Assembly: GCF_009914755.1 (NCBI RefSeq)
Contig: NC_060926.1
Length of the DNA stretch: 64,000 nucleotides
From: the human T2T-CHM13v2.0 reference genome, Homo sapiens
Direction: 5' to 3' (one strand)
The notes beneath the pieces are model-generated. The model had not been told where the DNA came from, did not search any database, and worked only from the letters and a program-made list of their open reading frames with translations. Positions within the stretch are counted from its first letter, which is position 1, and each line of letters begins with the position of its first letter. Below, piece after piece: positions 54,046 to 64,000 of this stretch. The position numbers and the translations under genes were made by a program.

Positions 54046-57000
54046 ATGGGTGTACAAATCATCTTGTAATGTCTCTGCTTTCAGTTATTCTGGGTGTATA
54101 CACAAAAGTGGGATTGTTGGATCATGTGGCAGTTCAATTTTTAAATTATAAGGAGTTACTGTACTGTTTTCCATAACATTACAAAATTTTACATTCCTAG
54201 CAATAGTACACAAGGGTTCTAATTTCTTCATAGCCTCATCATCACTTGTTATTTTCTGTTGTATTTGCTTGTTTGTATTTTATAGTAGCCATCCTAGCAG
54301 GTGTGAGGTGGCATCTCACTGAGGTTTGATTTTTGTTTCTCTAATCACTGGTGATGTTGGCATCTTTCCACGTGCTGATGGGTCATTGATATATCTTCTT
54401 GGAGTAATGTCTATTCAGGTCTTTTGCCCGTCTTTTAATTGGGTTGTTTGCTTGTTTTCTTCTGGTTCAGTTGTAGGAGTTCTTATGTATTCTAGACATC
54501 AACCCCTTAATAGATATATGATTTACAAACTTTCACATTCTCTGGGTTGGATTTCCACTCTTTGGTGGTGTCCTCTGATACACAAAAGTTTTAATTTTGG
54601 TATTATTCTGTTTGTCTATTTTTTTGGTTGCCTGTGTTTTTGGTGTCATATCCAAGAAATCATTGCCAAGTCCAGTGTCATGCAGTATTCCCCCTATTTT
54701 TAATCACAAGAATTTTACAATTTTAGCTGTGACATTTAGAGTTTTGGTCTGTTTTGATTTAATTTTGGGATATGATGTAAGATAAGGGTTCCACTTCATT
54801 TTTGCAAATGGATATCCAGTTTTCCCAGCACCATTTATTGAAAAGACTGGCCTTTCTCCATTGAATGGTCTTGACAACTTTGTTAGGAATTATCTGAGCA
54901 CCTATGTGAGGGTTTCTTTCATCGCTCTCTGTTCTGTTCCATTGATCTATGTCTTTCTTTATGCCAGTGCAACATTGTTTTGATTAATGTAGCTTTGCAG
55001 TAAGTTTTGAAATCAGGGATTGTGAAATCTCCAACTTGTTTTTAAGATTGTTTTGGCTATTCAAGGTCCTTGACATTCCATAGGAATTTTAAGATGGATT
55101 TTTCTATTTCTGGAAAAAGGTCTTTGGGATTTTGATAATGACTGCATTGAATTTGCAGATAGCTTTGAGTGGTATGGACATCCGAACATCATTAAGTCTA
55201 ACAATCCATGAGCACAAGATGTCTTTTCTTCAATGGTGTGTTCTTTAATTTTTGTCATCAATGTTTTGTAGTTTTCAATGTACAAGTCTTTTTGCTTCCT
55301 TGGCTTAGTTAATTCCATATATTTTATTCTTTTTGATGCTATTGTAAATGAGATTGTTTTCTCAATATCCTTTTCAGGTTGTTCGTTGTTAGCATATAGA
55401 AATAAAACTGATTTTTGAGTGTTAATTTTGAATCCTGCAACTTTTTTGTGCAGGATTTGCTTAATTCGTGTATTCATTCTAACAGATTTTTTTTTTGTTC
55501 TGTCTTTAGGGTTTTCTATATGTAAGAAAGTGTTGCTTGTGAACAATGATAATTTTGTTTTTTCTTTCCTATTTGGTTGACTTGTTTGTTTTTCTTCACA
55601 GTTGCTGTAGCTCGGATGTCTAGTATTGTGTGGAATATAATTGGCAGCAGTAGGCATCCTTGCCTTGTTCCTGATCTTAAAGAAAAAGCTTTCAGTCTTT
55701 CACTATTGAGTATGATGTTAATGTGGGCTTTTATATAAGGCCTTTATGATGTTGAGATATTTCACCCAATTTCTAGTTTGTTGGGTGTTTTATATCATAA
55801 AAGGGTGTTGAATTTTGCCAGTTACTTTTTTGCATCTATTAAGATGATACAGATTTTTCTTTTTCCTTCCTTTTGTTCACATGGCATGTTGCATTGATAG
55901 ATTTTTCTATGTCAAACCATCCTTTCATTCCAGGGATAAATCTTACTTTGTTACATTGTACAATGCTTTTAATGTGCTGTTGAATTTTGTTTACTAGTAT
56001 TTTGTTGAGATTTTTGCATCAATCTTCATAGGGGATATTGGTCTGCAGTTTTCTTTTCCTGTAGAATCCTTGTCTGGGTTTGGTATCAAGGTAACACTGA
56101 CCTCATAGAATGACTGGGAAAGTATATCCTTCTCTTCAGGTTTTTAGAAGTGTTTGAGAAGGATTGGTGTTAATTCTTCTTTAAATGTTTGGTAGAATTC
56201 ACCAGCGAAACTATCTGGCCCTTGGCTTTTCTTTGCTTTAAGGTTTTTGATTATAGGTTCAGTCCCATTGCAAGCTACAGTTTGTTCACATTTTCTATTT
56301 CTTCTTGATTTAGTTTTGATAAATTGTGTGTGTCACACGAATTTTTTCATTGAATCCAAGTTATTCAATTTGTTAGTGTAAAATTGTTTGTAGTACTCTG
56401 TTACTTTTTTTTTTTTTTTTTTTTTACTTTTGTTAAGTCAGTAGAAATGTACCCTCTCTGATTTCTGATTTTAGCTATTTGAATCTTCTCTATGTTTTAT
56501 TTGGTCAATACAGATAAAGCATTGCCATTTTAAAAAATATTTTTGAAGAATCAAGTTTTGCATCCATTGATTTTCTATATTGTTTTTCTATTTTGTCTTT
56601 TTAAAAATTTCTTCTTTAATCTTTATTATTTCCTTCCTTCTTCTAGATTTGCGTTTAGCGTGTTTTTCTTTTTTCTAGTTTCTTAAGGTTAAAAGTTAAG
56701 ATGCCAATTTGAGATCTTTCTTTTTTTAATATAAGCATTTTTAGCTATAAGTTTCCCTTTTGGCCCTAGTTTTACTGTGTTGTGTGAATTCTGGTGTGTT
56801 GTGTTTTTTATTTAGGTTATTTTCTAGCTTCCCTTGTGATTTCTTCCTTGACCCATTGGTTGTGTAAGAATGGGTTGTTTAAGTTGCACATATTTGCTGA
56901 TTTTCATTTTCCTTCTGCTGTTGATTTCTAGTTACATTCCAATAAGTTCAAAAAAAAAAGATAATTGATAGAATTTTAATCTTTTAACATTTTTTAAGGC

Positions 57001-57449
57001 TTGTTTTGCGGCCGAGCATGTGGAGCGAACCTTGTAAAGTATGATATCTACATGGGAGAAGTGACCCTCTGGCAGGCTTCCTTTTGTGCACTCACTAGGA
57101 GTTAAAAGGACCAGCTTGGAAGACTGCTTTGATGCTGTAATAGTGCCATTTGGTTGATCCGAAACTGGAACCCAGAACAGTCCTCTAAGCCTGTGGACTA
57201 AGAACATTCAAGATGTTCCTGAACAGCCCAACGCTGGGGTCCAAGTCAGACGGTGCCACATGTGTTCAGGCTGGTCACCACCATAGCCTCTTAGCTGACC
57301 ACTCTCTTCCCCAACTCTCTTTTGTCTCCACCACTCTGCATACCCCTGCAATCTCACCCTCTCCAGATCGTCTGTCCCTGAAGTCCTCAGTGGCTCCTAT
57401 TTTTTGGAGGAGATGGAATGGTATGCTGAACAACTCCCACGCATGGGGA

Positions 57450-57569
57450 CATTGGGGACAGACCCCATCCTTCAGGTCCCATTGGGGACAGACCCCAACC
57501 CTCAGATCCCATTAGGGACAGACCCCAACCCTCAGGTCCCATTAGGGACAGACCCCAACCCTCAGGTCC
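57450..57569. repeat. Minisatellite, 30-bp unit x4
   Basis: CATT(G/A)GGGACAGACCCCAACCCTCAGGTCC, with 10-aa periodicity. Confidence 0.92.
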
Positions 57570-58799
57570 TGGCCATGCCCCTCCCATGCCCAAGGAATGC
57601 AGCTTTGAGAATTTCATCTAATCTCTCTAAACATGGTACATTTTATGTGCTCAAATGTTTGAGAAATGAATGAATTTATAAGAGAAACTTAGATTCTTTA
57701 TCTGAAAAACAGAGATTTAGCTTTCTTAGGAGAAAGTAGATGAGTTTCTAGAATGATTACCTTAGAGGGACAGATGATCCAATTTATATTTAAAAAGTAG
57801 AAACTGGTTAAGATTAAAGAAATCTCCAATCAGAAATGCAGAAAGGAACTCACTCTCTGCTACTTCTTCATGTAAAGGGGTTCATCATCCATCTTGTAAG
57901 CAGGACATTGGTCTCCCAAACCACATGGACACAAGCACTTTCTGTCAATGGTAAACGGTCATTTCAGGAATCAGATATTAACATATGATGAGAAATTATT
58001 GAACAAAATATCTTAGCATCTTAAGAAACACAAACCTAAGTCCTCAGGTATATGAGGGAAGTGAGTGTCATCGTTTGCTTTATAAATTACACAGTGTCTG
58101 GAGGAAGAAATCAAGCCTGCAGAATCATAAAACCACTCGCTAACATAACACTCTACAGTTTACAGCCCAGGCACCCAGAGGCGAGGAAGTAGACAGTGTG
58201 GCTCGTCTTCTGACCTGGCTCCCTCTGGGATGAGGCGTTTGACGCAGGCTGTCTCGTTCACTCCCGCTGCGCTGAGTGTGAAGGATCCAGCTCTGCCCTG
58301 TGCGCATGGAGTGCTGGGGAGATGATGATGCTGGGGAATGACTGAGTGGGCAGTGTCAGAGTCTCTCTCTCATGCTAGGGTGGTGCCGCAGGAACTCTCG
58401 TGTGGCCATGAGCTCTGTGGCAACTCTGAGTTTCAGTGTTTTGAACTCTCAGATGCAGAGACTGAAGCGGCCACATGCTGGGCGGATGTAGTGTCTCATG
58501 CCTCAGTGTGAGGAGCCTGCATGGAGACAGGCTTGAGGATCCGCCTCCTGTCTTCTCCCCGTTCACTCTGAGGGAACTCTCTTCCCAGAATAATTTTTTC
58601 CAACAGGTGCTGAAACTTGTATAGGGAGAGTACCTTTTTTAATACAAAGTATCCGCTTCAGTAAGTTACCCATTTTAGTAACTTCAGTGTTTCTTAGTTT
58701 TAACCCTATTCCCAGAGGCATCTATTATAATAATACAGAGAAAGTGTAGCCCAGAAATGTAATGATTGAGGAAATTTCGAGTGACATAGGAATGACAGC

Positions 58800-59412
58800 C
58801 GTAGAGGACTGAGTCTCCAATGTTTGGGTGGGAGGGGCAGGCAGGTGTCACCATCAATGGCTTCCACTGTAGAAGGCTGAGTCTCCCATGTTGGGGTACG
58901 AGGGTCAGGCAGGTGTCTCCATCGATGATTTCCACTGTAGAAGGCTGAGTCTCCCGTATTGGGGAGGGAGGAGCAGGCAGACGTCACCATCGATGGCTTC
59001 CACTGTAGAAGGCTGAGTCTCCTGTATTGGGGTGGGAGGGTCAGGCAGATGTCACCATCAATGTCTTCCACTGTAGAAGGCCGAGTCTCCTATGTTGGGG
59101 TAGGAGGAGCAGGCAGACGTCACCATCAATGGCTTTCACTGTAGAAGGCTGAGTCTTCCATGTTGGGGTGGGAGGGTGAGGCAGACGTCACCATCGATGG
59201 CTTTCACTGTAGAAGGCTGAGTCTCCCATGTTGGGGTGGGAGGGCCAGGCAGACGTCACCATCGATGGCTTTCACTGTAGAAGGCTGAGTCTCCCGTGTT
59301 GGGGTGGGAGGGTCAGGCAGGTGTCTCCATCGATGCCTTCCACTGTAGAAGGCTGAGTCTCCTGTGTTGGGGTGGGAGGGTCAGGCAGACGTCACTATCA
59401 GTTGCTTCCACT
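58800..59412. repeat. Minisatellite, 68-bp unit x~9
   Basis: Unit CCACTGTAGAAGGCTGAGTCTCCCATGTTGGGGTGGGAGGGTCAGGCAGACGTCACCATCGATGGCTT. CTGTAG recurs at 58867, 58935 and 59003. Confidence 0.95.
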
Positions 59413-60733
59413 TGGTAAGCCTCTGCCTCGCACCATGGCCACTTCTGTGCTAATGCTGATCTACTCATCCTGGAATTGGTTAGAATAATGACAGCAAGCA
59501 CAGCTGCTGACCAATTGGGTGCTTATTGCCTACTAGGCACTGTTAAATAACGGTATATTTATTAATCATTTGATTTTTATAAAACTTATACATATTTTGA
59601 CTGTTATTCCCATTTTTCAGATGACAGAGTGAGGGGCAGAGGGTTGCAGAATGTTCCCAAGGTGCCCCTGCCCCAGCAGCAGCCTCTGTGCTGGTGAGCA
59701 CGCCGCTACCTGCCCCTTAGGCATACATTTCACAATTAGAGAAGCCTCTTCTACCCGTGTATTAGTAAAACTGAAAAATACAGGGTCTTATCAGTCCCCC
59801 ACAGAGATAGAGGTTGACCTAGGCTCCTGGCCCACACTGGCCGGGCCTTTCCTGGTCACTCAGGGACCTCAAGGCATCTCCGTGTTCATGAATCAGTCAC
59901 TGTTTGCATTTTCCTGCTTTCCTCCCTGGAATGACAGTCCCTGAGCAGCTCTGCCTTTGTGTAGGAACCTGCTTCCGGGTCAGCACAGGGCAGACTCCCC
60001 AGCACGCTCTTTAGGAACAGACCACCTTTGCTGAGAAAATCACCATCTTTGAAGAGTTCTGATATTAACGACAGTCTTGCTTTAGAAGAAGTTGCTGGGC
60101 TGACAATAAATTGTATTTGTAGAGCACAGGTAGCAATGCCCATTTTTTGCCCTTTTTGCTTCAATTCCAGATACAGGACACAGAAAATTATTTGACACTT
60201 TCTCAAGAAAGCAGAACAGAACATCCAGCCTCACAGAGATTCCGGGTGCCTAACTTCACTGTCCAGGGCACCAGCTCTATGTGCTGGAGATGTTTCAGGG
60301 GCATGTCCTTTATTTTCCTCCATACTTCCCTGAAGGAAGTAGCAGAAGTTTCGAATTGCCCCGTTCTACTGGAAACCTGCATTCCACCCACTGAAGGATC
60401 CCTGAGCTAATGCCCCCACTGCCAGCCTCAGGTTCCCTCCCACCTTGTGTATCTGCAAGTGAGGGGAATAAGCTTTTCTGTCTTCACGCAGAATCCATAC
60501 TCATCACCTGAAGGTGGAGGATCCAGGCTGAACTTCAGTGCATGCAGTACACATTCATGTAAATATTTATTTTCAATGGAGAATGTAAACCCGTTACTTT
60601 GCCATCTGATATTTGGTACTTTGCACATCTCCATTAAATGTGTGCTGCTGCCTTGTGTCTATTGCATGAGCTATACTTGAGACATTGTCCACCTGTCACT
60701 AATAACATCTTGGAGTTGCACAACACAGGGGCT

Positions 60734-60904
60734 GCCCAGCCCGGCGCCTCTGCAGCTCCTTCCCATCAGCCCAGCCCTGCACCTCTGCAGCTCCTTCCCA
60801 GCAGCCCAGCCCGGCGCCTCTACAGCTCCTTCCCAGCGGCCCAGCCCGTCGCCTCTGCAGCTCCTTCCCAGTGGCCCAGCCTGGCGCATCCGCAGTTCCT
60901 TCCT
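60734..60904. repeat. GC-rich minisatellite, ~35-bp unit x5
   Basis: GCCCAGCCCGGCGCCTCTGCAGCTCCTTCCCAGCA. Confidence 0.92.
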
Positions 60905-61374
60905 GGCTCTTGTAGGTCGTTTTCCAGCCTTTCCCTGGAAGCATCAAGTGACAGGAAAGTGGCCCAGGAGCTCTCAGGATAAGAGCAGAGAAGGAAAGAA
61001 TGGAAAAGAAGGTCCAGAAGGCAGGGATCTTGTCCTCGTTCCACGTTAGGACCATGTGATTTAGTCTCCTAGGAGACTCCATCTCACACTAGACAGGCAG
61101 AAGTTAACAAGTTTGAAAATACCGAGTATCAGCAAGGAACGGAGTAGTGAGAACTCCCAACCAGGGCTTGAGCAGGGCGCGTGTTGGTCTGTATGAATCT
61201 AGAAATGTGTGGAGCTGAGGCCCATTGCCCAGGGCTCTATGTGTTACAAAGAGCAGAGAGCTGCAAGGGGTGACGGACAGAAGACTGGGCTGGTGCTTCT
61301 TCCAGAGTAGGGGCAGGTGGGATTTCAATCTATCAGCATGTCAGCACAGTGTATTTTATATACATTTCATTCAT

Positions 61375-61696
<322 letters not shown>

Positions 61697-61929
61697 TAAA
61701 ATAATTAATATGTAAACAGAAGACAGGCCAAAGTCACAGACATTCTAAAACAGTGAAGCAGAATTAAACCAGTAAGCATTGGTAGAGACCCTGTCCTCCC
61801 CCGGTCCTGGATGGTGCCCCTGGGTGAACACCAGGTCTGCTTTCCACACCCGCCTTCCCTGGGTCCCTTCTTCCTCTGCCTCCTCCACCTCTCCAAATGC
61901 CTTTTTACCATCCTGCGCCACTCCAGAAA

Positions 61930-62365
61930 TGTGATGGTTGATACTGAGTGTCAACTTGATTGGCTTGAAGGACACAAAGTATTGATCCTGGGTGTGTCTG
62001 TGAAGGTGTTGCCAAAGGAGATTCACTTTTGAGTCAGTGGGCTGGGGTAGGCAAACCCACCCTTAATTGGGTAGGCACCATCCAAGCAGCTGCCAGTGAA
62101 CATGAAGCAGGCAGAAAAATGTGAAAAGGAGAGATGGGCCTAGCTCCCAGCCTACATCTTTCTCCCATGCTGGGTGCTTCCTGCCCTTGAACATCAGACT
62201 CCAAGTTCTTCAGTTTTGAGGTTTGGACTGGCTCTCCTTGCTCCTCAAGCTTGCAGATGGCCTATTGTGGGACCCTGTGATTGTGTAAGTTAATATTTAA
62301 TAAACTCCCCTTGATATATATCTATCCCATTAGTTCTGTCTGTCTAGAGAACCCTGACTAATACA
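61930..62365 (+). mobile_element. MLT2A (HERVL) solo LTR
   Basis: tgtgatggttgatactgagtgtcaacttgattgg...ctagagaaccctgactaataca, with flanks AGAAA and AGATA. Confidence 0.92.
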
Positions 62366-62494
62366 AGATACTTTTATCCCATAAGGCGCAACATCGGGAG
62401 CCAACAGTCAGAGGCAGGAACATGCCCTGCACTGCTGCTTTCCGGGCCGTGGAAACACATCTGTCACTAGTCCTGACCCTGCTGGTCTAGCCCT

Positions 62495-62920
62495 GCGCAC
62501 ATTTCCCAGGGCTGCCCTAAGGAATGTCCGCAAACCAAGTGGCTTAAAACAACAGAAATTTATCCTCTCATTTCTGGAGGCTGCAAGTCTGAGATCAAAG
62601 GGTTGGCAGGGCTGAACTCCCTCAGGTTCAGAAGGTGGATCCTTCCTGCCTCTTCCTGCTTTGGGTGGCTCCTGCAGTCCCTGGCATTCCTCAATCTGCA
62701 GCTCCTCACCCCAGCTTCCATCCCTGTCTCCACACCTGGCTCTCCTCCCTGGGTCTCTGTCTCCTTTTCTCAGAAGATCACTGGTCACAGGATTCGAGCC
62801 CCATGTGCTCCAGCACAGCCTCACCTTGGTCTCTTCTGCAAAGAGCCTACTTCCAAATAAGATACTGGGGGCTAAGACTCCAGCATGACTTTCGGAGGGA
62901 CACAAGTCATCCCTGTGAAG
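62495..62920 (-). mobile_element. MLT1 (MaLR) LTR
   Basis: ggctgcc...gtggcttaaaacaacagaaatttatcctctcatttctggaggctgcaagtctgagatcaa...tctgcaaagagcctacttccaaataag. Boundaries are approximate. Confidence 0.8.
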
Positions 62921-63144
62921 CAACCCACAAGAAACGTGGAGCACAACTGCAATGCTGAGCTGTGGTGCCGGAAGCAATAAATGAGGAGTCAGGACACAGG
63001 GACAGAGAGACCAGCCCATCCTCTGTGCCTTTGGCAAGCTGTGTGCCTGCCCAAACCCCACCTGTCATCTGTAAAATGAGGATGAAAGCACCATCTCGTG
63101 AGTTTACCATGAGAATTCAACGTAAGGCACTTAGCCTAGTTCCA

Positions 63145-63527
63145 GGCATGCAAGAAGGGTGCCTTAAATGACGGCACTGTGACCATCACCACTCTGAAGG
63201 CATGCAAGAAGGGTGCCTTAAATGAGGGCACTGTTACCATCACTGCTCTGAAGGGCGTGCAAGACAGGTGCCTCAAACGAGGGCACTGTTACCATCACCG
63301 CTCTGAAGGGCGTGCAAGAAGGGTGCCTTAAATGAGGGCACTATTACCATCACCACTCTGAAGGGCATGCAAGAAGTGTGCCTCAAATGAGGGCACTGTT
63401 ACCATCGCCGCTCTGAAGGGCATGCAAGACAGGTGCCTTAAATGAGGGCACTGTTACCATCACCGCTCTGAAGGGTGTGCAAGAAGGGTGCTTTAAATGA
63501 CGGCACTGTTACCATCACCGCTCTGAA
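63145..63527. repeat. Minisatellite, 55-bp unit x7, each unit with a short inverted repeat; adjoins a MIR-like fragment
   Basis: Unit GGCATGCAAGAAGGGTGCCTTAAATGAGGGCACTGTTACCATCACCGCTCTGAAG. CTCTGAA recurs at 63192, 63246, 63301 and 63356. Confidence 0.95.
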
Positions 63528-64000
63528 GTGCTGTCGAAAATCCTTTCAAAGTCCACTCACTCTTGGCTGATGGTCTTCGTTAGCTAAAGCGTTTTCTGCA
63601 GGTCTCCTTCCACAATCCAGTCTGCTTTAGGCCGAAGAAAGCATTGGCCTCCCGGGGCTCACTGACCCCAGGATAAAAACAGGAAGATCCCTCAACACCC
63701 CAGGGTGGGTCAGCATTTCCCCCTGGACACAAGCTGCGGCCCCAGGGTGCACATTGATCAGAACCTCACCTGGGCCGTGCCGGCCCCTGCTTGTAAGGTG
63801 GCTCTCAGTCTATCCCAGAAGAGCTACCTGTGCCCATGTGATTTCTCTCCCTTCCCATACCCCATCCTGATGTTGCTTCCGACAGCTCCATGCATCCTGT
63901 TTTGTTAATGAACAGAATCGCTTCTTTAACTTCATTAATTCCAGCTCTTCATTTGTGTATGTTGTCTATGATACTTAAAAGGCTAATCTTAATGCTTTTG

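Larger units (their letters stand above)
52870..57050 (-). mobile_element. L1M (L1MB-like) element of ~3.5 kb, interrupted by an MSTA LTR and an Alu
   Basis: L1MB-type 3' UTR near 52870. ORF2 RT remnant in the 55061-55657 ORF (...VAGFKINTQKSVLFLYANNEQPEKDI...DLYIENYKTLM). Confidence 0.88.

Noticed and set aside
63145-63527. Palindromic repeat array resembling CRISPR (also 58800-59412 and 34510-34676)
   Set aside because: Units are head-to-tail with no unique spacers, there are no cas genes, and the context is a eukaryotic intron.

Overview
Human (or closely related ape) genomic DNA, almost all intron. Five small + strand exons with canonical AG/GT ends splice into one open frame, ...WNAFEVLALDG...ELTLQN|MKMANKCCSPSDQ|VVHMGWVNEK...FSTPP|VSTFDW...FKVHK|FWLTEDCW...EVQRTG. 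I recognise this as the C-terminal PH region of gamma-2 syntrophin (SNTG2, 2p25.3; by recall exons 10-14). The gene begins before the window and ends after it. The rest is intronic: Alus, L1 fragments, MaLR/ERVL LTRs, an internally deleted HERVL provirus, a near full-length Tigger1, other DNA transposon relics and a dense set of minisatellites. I see no evidence for a new gene system, and most long ORFs in the track are repeat artefacts. The best leads are splicing or regulatory. (1) A 40-bp duplication copies a splice donor. (2) An exon junction regenerates a 5' splice site. (3) A candidate TDP-43-type poison exon lies beside a ~0.9-kb UG tract. (4) A 33-bp-period CCAAT-box array is present. 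(5) Inverted Alus bracket one exon. Repeat subfamily names come from recalled consensus sequences, not from a search.
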